This document shows positions 34,742 through 44,758 of a DNA stretch of 64,000 nucleotides, piece after piece (the stretch's first letter is position 1; each line of letters begins with the position of its first letter). The DNA is from a virus. The DNA lies in IMG/VR virus record IMGVR_UViG_3300032285_001177; one strand, given 5' to 3'. The notes beneath the pieces are model-generated. The model ran no database searches. It had not been told where the DNA came from and saw nothing but the letters and a program-made list of their open reading frames with translations. The position numbers and the translations under genes were made by a program.

Positions 34742-35300
34742 CTAGTTCACTCTCAATAAATGTATCAAGGGTTATAGTTTCTTTTGCTACTTTCTTTTTC
34801 TTCTTATTCTTCATGCGTTCTTCAAATCCATCATCAAACGTACCGTGTTGCTGCATGAACCCGATGTAGGAGTTTTCAAAGTCCTCATCATGATCTGATC
34901 CTTGTGTTGAGAAGGATTCTACTGTTACATCACGTATTAGTTTACCGCGAATGTATGATTGTTTCTTTTCTTTTTCTATGCGGCGAAGGAATGCATAGTA
35001 GATGATCTGTGTAAAGTACGCGAATGGGTTGGATGATTTTTCTGGATCGAAGTTATCAAAGTACATGATACAGTTCTCGATGCCGTCGAGGATCATGTCG
35101 TCTTTATAGCTATAGTTAATAAAATTAGGCCTATTAGCCAACTTTGTAGCTATTTTAAGTATGCATTCACCAAGATAATTTGATAGCTGAGGTTTTGGAT
35201 CACCACATGCTTCGGCTTCTGCGCATTGCTTTTTATACTTTTTAACTGCGTCTAAGAAGTCTGGATTGTTGACATAATGTCGTTTAATCTTTTCGGTCAT
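34734..35300 (-). CDS. 55: Late transcription sigma factor (gp55)
   Basis: HYVNN, NFINYSY, NPFAYFTQI, AFLRRI. Confidence 0.93.
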   Translation of the reverse strand: MTEKIKRHYVNNPDFLDAVKKYKKQCAEAEACGDPKPQLSNYLGECILKIATKLANRPNFINYSYKDDMILDGIENCIMYFDNFDPEKSSNPFAYFTQIIYYAFLRRIEKEKKQSYIRGKLIRDVTVESFSTQGSDHDEDFENSYIGFMQQHGTFDDGFEERMKNKKKKKVAKETITLDTFIESELDD

Positions 35301-35327
35301 TCAATTCACCTTTATTAATATAAAATC

Positions 35328-35356
35328 ATTATACATCAAGATGGGTATAATGTACA
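35328..35356 (-). promoter_or_regulatory. Early-type promoter of gp55-47-46
   Basis: TGTACA-17 bp-TATAAT. Confidence 0.75.
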
Positions 35357-35380
35357 ATTAATATCTACTCATAAAATAAT

Positions 35381-35409
35381 TTTACTTTAATTGTACATTG
35401 TAGTATTAT
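35381..35409 (+). promoter_or_regulatory. Antisense promoter of the same family
   Basis: TTTACT-17 bp-TATTAT on the plus strand, including the TTAA extension after -35. Confidence 0.5.
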
Positions 35410-35433
35410 GACTGTATGGGGTCTTTCATGTGG

Positions 35434-35871
35434 TTAGTGTAATGTCTTATTACCATCGATGTTAATTGGTGGTAAATCTTCTAAATCTTCTCTTAACTTA
35501 TCTCTAAACATCCTTTGTAGTTTATCAGTTAGATCTTGTAGTTCGTTCGGGTCATAGGGAATAGGGGTTTGGGTATTTTGGCCAACAAAGTCATCTATAG
35601 CACGGTTATACTCTTCTTCATACCGAGCATCTAAGTCCTTCATGAATATGACTTGGTTCTTTTGAAATGCATACTCATCATCTGCTGAGAAGTAAGTATA
35701 CGGTTGGAGGGTTATTGACTCTGCCATCTGACCATTTGGTCCACGGATTGGGAACCGTTTAACAGTCATAGGAAATAATACTGAGATTTGATAATCGTCT
35801 TCGCCGATAAGATGAGCTACTATCTCTTCAGCGCTAATTAACTTAAACACTACGTATCTGTCGGTGTGCAT
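35434..35871 (-). CDS. T4-like phage protein downstream of uvsW (Sm-like)
   Basis: VFKLISAEEIVA motif similar to the 20865 protein. Confidence 0.65.
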   Translation of the reverse strand: MHTDRYVVFKLISAEEIVAHLIGEDDYQISVLFPMTVKRFPIRGPNGQMAESITLQPYTYFSADDEYAFQKNQVIFMKDLDARYEEEYNRAIDDFVGQNTQTPIPYDPNELQDLTDKLQRMFRDKLREDLEDLPPINIDGNKTLH

Positions 35872-37364
35872 TATAGGTTTACCTCATGGACTTTATAGTC
35901 AAACTTTTCTTCTGAGTATATCTTAACGCGTTCAACAAAGTGGTTCAATGTATGGTTCTTTCTCGATTTGTGTTGAATATCATCTGCGATATCGAATAGT
36001 TTTAGATGAGTCTTACCATCTTTTAATCTTAAACCACGACCAATGGATTGGAGGTTACGGATCTTAGACTTAGTAGGAGAGGCAAATATAATATTCTCTA
36101 TGCTAGGTATATTTATACCCGTTGAAAACGTAGCATAGGAAGCAACGATGATCGTGTTATCACCCTTCTCGGTATTCTTACGGATATCCTCACGGTCTAA
36201 TGTCTCTACCCCACCATGCACGATGTATACGTTCTTATCTGGCGCCTTAGCTTTGATCGCCTCATATAATGGTATGCCGTGTTTTTCCACGAACTGAAAT
36301 AGCACGAGAGTATTACCTTTACAGTTTAAAGCAAGATTACGTATGAATTTATTCCGCGCGTCGTTGGCTATGAGGAACTGCATCTCATCTTGGTAAGTAT
36401 GTTCCTTACAAGCTTTACGAACCTCATCTTGATACTTAAGCAGTATACAGTTGATATCGATCTTAACGACCTTACCATCATCCATAAGTTCTTTTGTAGT
36501 GGTAACCCTATGGACTGGACCAAATAGCCCTTCTAATGTTAACTGATTGATCTTCTTATTATCAATCGTACCTGTGGTACCTATACGATACTTAACATGC
36601 TGCATGCGTTCCATGATAGTAATTAACGATGTAGCTTTAAATTGGTGTGCTTCGTCTCCAACTATGACATCAAAGTTTGCAAACCATTGTTTAGGTTGAG
36701 TATAGATTGATTGCCATGTGGTGATGAGTACGTTCTTAGTGAAGTCTCTTGTAAAGCCTGAATATAGTTTCTGACAGTTCTCTTTGACTGGCCATTGATT
36801 ATGCGAGGAGTAGTCTTCGAAGTCTGAGTACATCTGTTCGACTAATGACGTAGTAGGTACAACGATGATTGTCTTACGGTCCTCTTCAAGATGCCATCTC
36901 ATTAGACAGTAGATCATGAAAGATTTACCTGATGCGGTAGGTGATAGTAATACGGTACGATTAAGGTTTAATGCAGTCTGTACTGCCGCGATCTGATAAT
37001 CACGAGCTTCGATTGGCTGACCACGACCATACAGATCGAGATCATATATGAACTTAGTAACTTGGTCTGTTGAGTAGTTATGGAGATCTAAAGGTTTTGG
37101 ATAATCATCGGTAGGATTGAACGTTAGTTCATAGTTATTGCGTTGAGCAAACTCTAAGACATACTGATATAGACCAGCGTATAATGTCTTCTTGATTAAT
37201 GAATACAGGCGAACCTTACCATCCCACAGTCTAGCTTTAAACTTAGGAGTAAACCTTGCACCTGGAACTTCATATGTAAAGAAGTTCTCAAGTTCTTGTT
37301 CACATCCTGCATCTCCATAAACACGGATGTTTACTTCATTAATTTTTTCAATAGTTAATTTCAT
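35871..37364 (-). CDS. uvsW: SF2 helicase UvsW
   Basis: SPTASGKS, DEAH, GTTGT, QSIGRGLR. Confidence 0.95.
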   Translation of the reverse strand: MKLTIEKINEVNIRVYGDAGCEQELENFFTYEVPGARFTPKFKARLWDGKVRLYSLIKKTLYAGLYQYVLEFAQRNNYELTFNPTDDYPKPLDLHNYSTDQVTKFIYDLDLYGRGQPIEARDYQIAAVQTALNLNRTVLLSPTASGKSFMIYCLMRWHLEEDRKTIIVVPTTSLVEQMYSDFEDYSSHNQWPVKENCQKLYSGFTRDFTKNVLITTWQSIYTQPKQWFANFDVIVGDEAHQFKATSLITIMERMQHVKYRIGTTGTIDNKKINQLTLEGLFGPVHRVTTTKELMDDGKVVKIDINCILLKYQDEVRKACKEHTYQDEMQFLIANDARNKFIRNLALNCKGNTLVLFQFVEKHGIPLYEAIKAKAPDKNVYIVHGGVETLDREDIRKNTEKGDNTIIVASYATFSTGINIPSIENIIFASPTKSKIRNLQSIGRGLRLKDGKTHLKLFDIADDIQHKSRKNHTLNHFVERVKIYSEEKFDYKVHEVNL

Positions 37365-37801
37365 TACATTCCTGCTAGGAATTTTTTCCATTCAATACCA
37401 TTCTTAAGTTGCCAATCTCTTGCTTTGATTTGCCCTAAGATACCCTCGAGTAAGTAACCCATAGTTTCTAAGTATTCTACACGAGTATTTAGATCGATCA
37501 AGTCTTTATCACCTTGAAGGAACTCGTCCATCTCGTTCTTAAGTGGTTTGATTAGTTGATATGGCTGCCATCCAAGATCTGCAAGTTCTTCTCTTGATAG
37601 CTCGCCTCTATAGTACCTAAACTTTTGTTTGCGTAATAGGTTATAGTCTGCTCGATATTTGGTTAGCTTCATCTTAACGCCAACCATAAGCTTGATATAC
37701 TTTGCATGGACCTTGGCAGTTTCAGTCGATGCTTCACCCAAATGGTTATCATCGATAATACTGTCTTGCTCCCACATTGTTTGGATCTCTTCGATATTCA
37801 T
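37364..37801 (-). CDS. uvsY: Recombination mediator UvsY
   Basis: HAKY, RYYRG, RDWQLKNGIEWKKFLAG. Confidence 0.9.
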   Translation of the reverse strand: MNIEEIQTMWEQDSIIDDNHLGEASTETAKVHAKYIKLMVGVKMKLTKYRADYNLLRKQKFRYYRGELSREELADLGWQPYQLIKPLKNEMDEFLQGDKDLIDLNTRVEYLETMGYLLEGILGQIKARDWQLKNGIEWKKFLAGM

Positions 37802-37827
37802 AATAAACTCACACCATTTAAAATTAC

Positions 37828-37856
37828 ATTATAACACAATAACTAATTAAAGTACA
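37828..37856 (-). promoter_or_regulatory. Early/middle-type promoter of uvsY-uvsW
   Basis: TGTACT-17 bp-TATAAT. Confidence 0.75.
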
Positions 37857-37860
37857 TAGC

Positions 37861-38421
37861 CTATCCAATAGTATAGTATGTATAGCCAAATGATGCCGTT
37901 CCCGTCAGGTATTGGACGTCGTCTACATTGGATTGGAACTCTATTGTACCTAATGAGATAGGATGGATATCCACAAAAGATATAGTTTTCACAGGCATAT
38001 TATTACTTCCTAATATGACCAATGATCCATCAGAATAGTTGCCTTGTAATGTACCGAATGCTGGGATAGCTGGCGTTGTAGTGGATGTAGTACTATTTGC
38101 TGCCGTTGTAACCAAGTTTTGGTATTGTAAGTAGTTTTGCGGGAATCCTAAACCAGCTAACCAATTCCATAATGCGATATAGTTCTTCATATCTTCGTCT
38201 ATGATGAAGTTAACTGTAAGATCTGCAAAGTTGAGCAGTTCGCCTGGCACTTTATTGACTGAGAATGGTGTACCAACGTTAACGTTCTCGAGACTCATCG
38301 ACGGTAATGTTACAGTCTGACAGAAGAACGAGATCTCAGGCAATTTAGTAATAGCCAACCTAAACCCGGTGGGGGATAGCGGGTTAATGTTATTTGGCAT
38401 AGGGCAGTTTGGATTAGCCAT
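37861..38421 (-). CDS. Tail tube terminator / tail completion protein (gp3-like)
   Basis: NPLSPTGF, FIIDEDMKNY, PISLG; position after gp23. Confidence 0.75.
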   Translation of the reverse strand: MANPNCPMPNNINPLSPTGFRLAITKLPEISFFCQTVTLPSMSLENVNVGTPFSVNKVPGELLNFADLTVNFIIDEDMKNYIALWNWLAGLGFPQNYLQYQNLVTTAANSTTSTTTPAIPAFGTLQGNYSDGSLVILGSNNMPVKTISFVDIHPISLGTIEFQSNVDDVQYLTGTASFGYTYYTIG

Positions 38422-38444
38422 AGTAATTCCTTAATGTTATATAC

Positions 38445-38452
38445 TATTTATA
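38445..38452 (-). promoter_or_regulatory. Late promoter
   Basis: TATAAATA. Confidence 0.75.
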
Positions 38453-38455
38453 TGT

Positions 38456-38485
38456 AAAAAAAAGGGACTCTTGCGAGCCCCTTTT
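38456..38485 (-). terminator. Terminator after gp23
   Basis: GGGGCTC-GCAA-GAGTCCC-T8. Confidence 0.85.
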
Positions 38486-38515
38486 AGTTTTAATGTAGTT
38501 CCCTTACGGGTATTA

Positions 38516-39844
38516 TTACATTAAGTTAGTTACTGCCACTTTTCTGTAGTAGTAGTTTTTGTTAGCTGTGATAACAGTTTGATCTGTAGTACCGTCATCT
38601 AAGTTAACAAATGGGTTAGCTACGATACCATAACGTGTCTTGAAGCCAATTTTTGGTTGGAAAGTGTTAGGATCAACAGCTCTAACCAATTGGAGAGGAA
38701 CGTATGGGCAGTAGAATAAACCAGCATCAAATGCTGATGTACCTTTGTAACCAACTACGAAGAATTGTGAACCATTTGCAGATGGGTTGTTACCGCCTGA
38801 ATATGGATCGATATACACTTTATATTTGCCGTTTAATACACCAGCGAATGTTGTTGAAGCTTCGTCAACGTTCAATGATGTGTTAAGAGCTGGAGCGTAA
38901 TCTAATACACCTGCCATAGCCAATGCTGATGCAGTGTCTGATGAACAGATGATGAAATTACCACGACCACGACGTGTTTGTTGAGCAATCGCATTAGCTT
39001 CACGTTCGATTTGGAACAATAAGCCTTTGAATTTTTCAACAGACCAACGACCGTTAGAGTCAACGTCTAAGTCGAATGTACCAGCAGTAGCTGTACCGTA
39101 TTGAGCACCAACTTTAGCACCGTAGTAAACAGTTCTGATAACTTCACGGTTAATTTCAGCAAGAATTTCTGTAGAAAGAATATTGCTTAATTCACCTTCA
39201 GCATCTAAACCATGAACTGATTTCAAGTCTTGTGCTAATTCAATTGAGTACTCAGCTTTAAGAGCACGTGTTTTAGCAGTTACGCTAGTTTTTTCAATTG
39301 AGAAAGCCATTGAATGGAAGTCAGCAGGTGTTGAACCTAATTGTTCAGCAGTAGCTGTTGTCATACCAGTACCAGTGTTAGAAGCTGTATCGCTGAATGG
39401 GTTACCACCAGCATTTTGTGAAGCACCAGTTGCACCAGCGAAGAATGAATCTGCTTCGTTGAATAATGCTTCTGTACCACCTTGTGTTGTGTAACGTGAT
39501 TTCATCGCGAAGATCAAACCAGTTGGTTGTGTCATTGGTTGAACGCCAGCGATATCGTAAGCGATCATTTGTGGCATAGCACGACGTACTAAAGCGATAA
39601 GTACTGGGTCGAAACCAGATACTGTACCAGTAGAAGCACCAGAACCACCTAAAGCAATACCACTACCACCAGAGTTAGCTGGAGCAGCTTCGAAAAGTGC
39701 TTCAGCACCTTTTTGCATTTCGCGTTCTTGATTTTCTAAAAGAATCGCAGTAACTTCCTTACGGTAGTTATCTTTGATTGCTGGGAGAGAAGCGTGTTCT
39801 AGAATCGGCTCCCATTTTTTTACTAAGTCTTGACGGATTGTCAT
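38516..39844 (-). CDS. 23: Major capsid protein (gp23)
   Basis: GVQPMTQPTGLIFAM, ELAQDLKSVHGLDAE, FYCPYVPL, IGFKTRYG. Confidence 0.97.
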   Translation of the reverse strand: MTIRQDLVKKWEPILEHASLPAIKDNYRKEVTAILLENQEREMQKGAEALFEAAPANSGGSGIALGGSGASTGTVSGFDPVLIALVRRAMPQMIAYDIAGVQPMTQPTGLIFAMKSRYTTQGGTEALFNEADSFFAGATGASQNAGGNPFSDTASNTGTGMTTATAEQLGSTPADFHSMAFSIEKTSVTAKTRALKAEYSIELAQDLKSVHGLDAEGELSNILSTEILAEINREVIRTVYYGAKVGAQYGTATAGTFDLDVDSNGRWSVEKFKGLLFQIEREANAIAQQTRRGRGNFIICSSDTASALAMAGVLDYAPALNTSLNVDEASTTFAGVLNGKYKVYIDPYSGGNNPSANGSQFFVVGYKGTSAFDAGLFYCPYVPLQLVRAVDPNTFQPKIGFKTRYGIVANPFVNLDDGTTDQTVITANKNYYYRKVAVTNLM

Positions 39845-39854
39845 TTTATTTTCC

Positions 39855-40904
39855 TTATTTAATGTTATTATTGAGTACTGACATATATCTCTTGATTGAA
39901 GGATCAACAGCTTTTTCTTCTGTTAGATTTTCAACTGGAGTATCTGTTACTACAGACTCAACTAATGTTGATGCCTTGTTTGTGAAATAATTTTCACGAA
40001 TTGTCTGAACTTTCTTTTCAAATGATTCAACAGAATCAAAAGATAATTCTTCAGCTAAGCCAAGGAACTTCTCTTTATCAGTTTCTGTTAGACCATCTAA
40101 AGCGTCAGCAACGATTTCATTGCGTGCTGATTCGTTTAAAGCTTGTGTAAGCTCAACGTTAGCTGCAACTTGTTCGTCTAATTTTGCTTGTAATTCAGCG
40201 ATTGCTTCTTCTTGAGCACCTAACACATCAAATTTTTCCTCAGGAATATCGATGTAATGCTCTTCGAATAGGCCTTTTAGACCTGAAACAAAGCCTTCAA
40301 GAATTTCAGACTTCATACCACTTTCAAGGGCGATTTCATTTTGTTTAAACCACTGCTCAACTATATAGTTGAGGTATCCATCAACTTTTTCAACAAGACC
40401 CTCTTGATTCTTTGCTGCTTCCTCTTGGAGGCGAGCTTCGAATTCTTCTTCAATAGTAGTCACGGCTTCGTTAATACGAGTCATAACTGCTGCTTCGAAG
40501 ATTGTAGATGCTTTGTCTTTGAATTCTTCAGTGAGTTCTTCACCGTTGAATAATGCATCCATATCTTCTTTGAAATTAACTGCTGCACCCGCAGCCGTAG
40601 CTGGGATTACATTTGTAGCACTGCGAATAACTGCTTGGTCGCCAGCCTCAGCCTTAGCTGTAACAACGTTAGGTTTCTTAGAAGCAACTTCTGCTTCTTT
40701 TTCGTCTTCTGCATTGTTTTTATGGTTAGCTTCGTTAGGTGTTTCGCCACCGTTTGGTACTGAGTTTGTAGCTGTACGAATAACTGCTTGGTCACCTGCT
40801 GCAGCATTCTTTGTTACTACATTCTCTTCAACAATTTCTTCAGCTTGATCGTCAGCTGATCTTGATTCAGCTAAGATCTGAGCGATTTTTTGTTCGATTG
40901 ACAT
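39855..40904 (-). CDS. 22: Prohead scaffolding/core protein (gp22)
   Basis: LTEEFKDKASTIFEAAV, VDGYLNY, LFEEHYI. Confidence 0.9.
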   Translation of the reverse strand: MSIEQKIAQILAESRSADDQAEEIVEENVVTKNAAAGDQAVIRTATNSVPNGGETPNEANHKNNAEDEKEAEVASKKPNVVTAKAEAGDQAVIRSATNVIPATAAGAAVNFKEDMDALFNGEELTEEFKDKASTIFEAAVMTRINEAVTTIEEEFEARLQEEAAKNQEGLVEKVDGYLNYIVEQWFKQNEIALESGMKSEILEGFVSGLKGLFEEHYIDIPEEKFDVLGAQEEAIAELQAKLDEQVAANVELTQALNESARNEIVADALDGLTETDKEKFLGLAEELSFDSVESFEKKVQTIRENYFTNKASTLVESVVTDTPVENLTEEKAVDPSIKRYMSVLNNNIK

Positions 40905-40927
40905 ACTAATCTCCTATATCTTTCTAT

Positions 40928-40935
40928 TATTTATA
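40928..40935 (-). promoter_or_regulatory. Late promoter
   Basis: TATAAATA. Confidence 0.75.
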
Positions 40936-40936
40936 G

Positions 40937-41587
40937 TTATTTGATTTTCGCGAGGAAGTTCATGAATACTTTTAACTTCGCTTCTTCTAAATTTTTACGT
41001 GATGCAGAACGGATAATCCCTTGTGCTTCTCGTAAGTCTTTCTCCACAAATTTTCCATCGACCATAACCCACTCTTTAGACTCCATCACACCCTCAACGA
41101 AAGCATTGGGAGCGGAAGGGTCAGCTACGATGTCTGCAGCTGTCGCTAAAGTGAAATCTTTTCCAACATAAGATACGTCACCTTTACGATCTAGTGAACC
41201 CATACCTCTAGAACTAACACCAAGTGTAGCTCCTTCATCGATTAGGGATTTCACAATCTTACCATATGGAGTGTCCATGATCTTAGCTTTACCAATGAAG
41301 TTATCACCTTCACGGCGTAGACTCTTGATCATATGAGATACTCTGTCAAGGTTGATCGTTGGTGAATCAGGATGACCTAACTCGCCAAAGGCACGACTCT
41401 TGTTTACATACTCATCGTTATATCGTTTTACCTCATTATCAAGTATCTCTACTGGATAGATGCGGCCGTTACGATTCTTTAAGTTCGATTGAAGGAATAC
41501 GCCTTCAATGAAGTATTCTTTACCTTTACCTAGTTTCTCTTCGACAACTAGTTTAACTTCTTCGGTGTGTTCTTTAATTAGTTTCAT
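40937..41587 (-). CDS. 21: Prohead protease (gp21)
   Basis: NRNGRIY, GELGHP, GVSSRGMGS, DIVADPSAP. Confidence 0.95.
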   Translation of the reverse strand: MKLIKEHTEEVKLVVEEKLGKGKEYFIEGVFLQSNLKNRNGRIYPVEILDNEVKRYNDEYVNKSRAFGELGHPDSPTINLDRVSHMIKSLRREGDNFIGKAKIMDTPYGKIVKSLIDEGATLGVSSRGMGSLDRKGDVSYVGKDFTLATAADIVADPSAPNAFVEGVMESKEWVMVDGKFVEKDLREAQGIIRSASRKNLEEAKLKVFMNFLAKIK

Positions 41588-41588
41588 G

Positions 41589-42086
41589 TTATGCCTTGTC
41601 TGGAGAACCAGATAATGTTGTTGATGCACCTACACGGGTTGGATCATCATAAGCACCATAAATTTCGTTCTCAACTTTAGAGTAGAAACCTTCTTGTTTA
41701 TGAAGGACTAAAAATGTTGTAGCATTTGCTCCTGATGCGCCAGCATGTGTAATGAATATGGGTTTATTATTTTGCCCATTTTCTGTAAAACCATATTGGT
41801 TGAACTGTACAGCCGGAGAATTTTCTGGAGCTCCAGCAAATACAAGATGTCCTGTAGCACCGGTAGCTCCGCGTCTAATTGACATAGAAGAACCTAAAGT
41901 GCCTGAGCTGATTACAGTTGCAACATTGATTACTGGACCAGTTGCTCCAGCAGCACCTGTTGCACCTAATTGTTGATCAGCTGATACAAAATCAGTTAAA
42001 GCTATAGTGATAGTATCATTAGCTCCAGATACTGAAACAACAGCTTCTTTACTTGTATTCTTAATAATGTGGTAATCTAAGGCCAT
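41589..42086 (-). CDS. Putative head-associated protein with short GATGA motifs
   Basis: Position in head module; GATGAAGATG, GATGATG, GASGA. Confidence 0.6.
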   Translation of the reverse strand: MALDYHIIKNTSKEAVVSVSGANDTITIALTDFVSADQQLGATGAAGATGPVINVATVISSGTLGSSMSIRRGATGATGHLVFAGAPENSPAVQFNQYGFTENGQNNKPIFITHAGASGANATTFLVLHKQEGFYSKVENEIYGAYDDPTRVGASTTLSGSPDKA

Positions 42087-42088
42087 TC

Positions 42089-42628
42089 TTATTCTCCGAT
42101 TTGTTTAAGCACATCGATAAAGTTTTCTTTACTTTCTCTCATATGCTCGATAACTTCTTGTTCGTCTTTAAATAGTTCTGCAAGTTTATCTTGCGTTGAC
42201 TCGTTGATAGCTATGATACTACCATCGGCCAACTTGTAATCTATCTTACCTTCAATAAGCTTATCTAACTTATTAAGGTTTCTAATCTCTAATACAACAG
42301 GGTCTACAGTAAAAAGTTTAGAGGAAGCAAGTTCTATGTATGACTCTATTAATGTATCAGTAACTTTAATATCATGATGCTCTTTAATTATATTCGCTAT
42401 CTTATTGTCTGGGATATCTTCGTATAATTCTGTCTTAACTTGTTCTTCTATAGTCTTCGTATATTGCTGTGTTTTAACGTATTGTCTTGCTTCCTCTAAA
42501 TCTGTAAAAGATGTTTTTTCACCATCGATAAGGATCTTACCGTTGGATGCTTGCTCAATGATATGACCATAAGATCTAACTTGAGCGGATGTGCCTCTGA
42601 TGGACTTAAGAAACTTACCATAGTACAT
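42089..42628 (-). CDS. Putative prohead core protein
   Basis: Position between gp20 and gp21. Confidence 0.55.
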   Translation of the reverse strand: MYYGKFLKSIRGTSAQVRSYGHIIEQASNGKILIDGEKTSFTDLEEARQYVKTQQYTKTIEEQVKTELYEDIPDNKIANIIKEHHDIKVTDTLIESYIELASSKLFTVDPVVLEIRNLNKLDKLIEGKIDYKLADGSIIAINESTQDKLAELFKDEQEVIEHMRESKENFIDVLKQIGE

Positions 42629-42900
42629 TATACTGGATTATCCTTTGTATAAGTTTTAGGACCACCTGGTTCTTGGTCACCAAACACACCTTCTTTTTTC
42701 ATTTTCTTTTTACTCTCATAAGCAACATTAACTTTCATTGCATCTGGAGTTGAACCACTTGGTTCAGACTTAAGATCGTCCATGCTGCAGGTTGGGTTAT
42801 ATGCAGATTCTTTTTTGCAGCCGCATTTAGCCGCCGCTTCTAATAGATCTGCGTCTAAGCCAAGGCTTGACACATTCATGTTGCTGAGAGGATTAAACAT
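42628..42900 (-). CDS. Hypothetical head-module protein
   Basis: TAATG coupling on both sides. Confidence 0.55.
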   Translation of the reverse strand: MFNPLSNMNVSSLGLDADLLEAAAKCGCKKESAYNPTCSMDDLKSEPSGSTPDAMKVNVAYESKKKMKKEGVFGDQEPGGPKTYTKDNPV

Positions 42901-43145
42901 TATTCAGTTTCAAATGGTTCTGCATCTTCAGCAGGCTCTTCAATTGGAGCTTCTTCAGCTTCATCACCAGGGCCAACTTCTTCAACGGCTTGTTCTGTAG
43001 CAAACATATTCTTAGCTACTGTAGCTCTCATATCTTCAAGTCTTGTACCGATACGGTTTGCCATCTCAGCATTGAATGCTGTATCGATAGCTTGTGCATC
43101 GCCTGTGCTGATAGCTGCGATTAAATCTTTTACGCCTTGTGACAT
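42900..43145 (-). CDS. Prohead core protein (gp67-like)
   Basis: Small, acidic C-terminus, directly after portal. Confidence 0.7.
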   Translation of the reverse strand: MSQGVKDLIAAISTGDAQAIDTAFNAEMANRIGTRLEDMRATVAKNMFATEQAVEEVGPGDEAEEAPIEEPAEDAEPFETE

Positions 43146-44725
43146 TATACTTCTCCTTTAGGTTTATTAGATGATTGTGGTGGTGGTAAACCAGGAGGAT
43201 TGGGTCCTGCTCCCATACCGCCATCAACCGGCATTCCGCCTTGCATAGCCATCATAGCTTGCATTTGATCCGTCTCCGAATCCATTTGTTTCTGCATCTC
43301 TTCAATCTCTTCTTCAGATTGCTTGAGAACATTTCGTTTTACATACTCTAAACTATAGAACGTACCAATAAATGGTTGTAACATGTTTAAAGTATTAATC
43401 CTATTATTTAGGATCTCAGAATCTTTTAGTTCTGCAAAGTGGTTATCTTCTTGGAAATCGAATCGTATATCTTGTGCGATCGCATCCCACTCATCAGGCC
43501 TAATAATCTGTTTAGCAACTAGCTGTACTCTTAATGCTTCTGCAAACAATACCGAGAACTTGCGACGGATACGTTCAATGAACTTATTGAACTTAATCTC
43601 ATCACGGGTTATCTCATTTGTTCTACCAAGACTGAAACCTTGATCGGTCTTCATCCTTGATACTGGTACATTCAAGCATTGATACAACTTGTTTTGGAAG
43701 TAATTGATGTCTTCGATCTGACCTAGGTTCTGACCACCATTTAATGTAGTGATCTCAGTACCTTTACCGCCTTCTCTACGTGGCATCCAAAAGTCTTCCA
43801 TCATAGAGAGGTGTTTACGATCATCTCTGATCTCGCCAGTGTTGGCATCATAGACAACTTTGTTCCTATACTTATTCATAATATCATTGACGTATTGCTC
43901 AGCTTTAAGCTTTGGCAAGTTACCTACATCAATGTAAAAAATCCTACGTTCAGGTGCTCGTGATACTCTGTAGATAACAAGAGAATCTTCGATCATCTTT
44001 AATTGGTTTACAGGTTTGATCGCTTTATGTAAGTAACCTAACATAGTGTTAGAGTTAGCATCGATCAAGCCTGAAGGAGCATAGATTACCGAATCAATCG
44101 ATAACTTAACACCCTGACTTGTGTTCTCGTTGATACCCTTATCGTTGTAGATATAGAACTCTTCTATACCAATTACGACGTCGATACCTTTATCGTTCTT
44201 ACCTTTTTTGATATTCTTAATACGTCTGATCTTACGTGGATCAATGAAGCGTAGTTCTTGAATACCGTTCTTAATATTCTCGTTGTCAATAAGGATGTGA
44301 TAGTATAGTCTGCCGTCTACATACCATGACCTAAATATGTCGTGACCTCTGCTGTCAAACTTATAGAGCTTAAGGATTTCCTCAAACTCATCAGTGATCA
44401 TCTTCTTAACAGAACTAGACAACTTAACGTCATCTAATACTACTTCAACGATCTGCTCATTGTTATTAGCAACGATAGCTTCGTTAACGATGTCTTCTAC
44501 AGCATTGTCACAATCACCGTACTGAGATATCTCTCTGTATCGGCGGATTAAATCATTCTCATTCTTGATAACACCCTCAAGGTCTACAGTCATGCCATAA
44601 TAGGCTGCTGCAGCTCCAAGAGTGGAGATTACCGTCGAGCCGTCATCCGGCGCAGGGGTTACAACTTCTGTTCCCTGCTGCCTTTTGACCTTTTTCTTTG
44701 CTATCTCGAAACCAAAAATTTCCAT
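43145..44725 (-). CDS. 20: Portal protein (gp20)
   Basis: WYVDGR, RAPERRIFYIDVGN, EDFWMPRREGGKGTEI. Confidence 0.96.
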   Translation of the reverse strand: MEIFGFEIAKKKVKRQQGTEVVTPAPDDGSTVISTLGAAAAYYGMTVDLEGVIKNENDLIRRYREISQYGDCDNAVEDIVNEAIVANNNEQIVEVVLDDVKLSSSVKKMITDEFEEILKLYKFDSRGHDIFRSWYVDGRLYYHILIDNENIKNGIQELRFIDPRKIRRIKNIKKGKNDKGIDVVIGIEEFYIYNDKGINENTSQGVKLSIDSVIYAPSGLIDANSNTMLGYLHKAIKPVNQLKMIEDSLVIYRVSRAPERRIFYIDVGNLPKLKAEQYVNDIMNKYRNKVVYDANTGEIRDDRKHLSMMEDFWMPRREGGKGTEITTLNGGQNLGQIEDINYFQNKLYQCLNVPVSRMKTDQGFSLGRTNEITRDEIKFNKFIERIRRKFSVLFAEALRVQLVAKQIIRPDEWDAIAQDIRFDFQEDNHFAELKDSEILNNRINTLNMLQPFIGTFYSLEYVKRNVLKQSEEEIEEMQKQMDSETDQMQAMMAMQGGMPVDGGMGAGPNPPGLPPPQSSNKPKGEV

Positions 44726-44758
44726 TATATAACCCCTATAATATTAACCCAAACCAAC

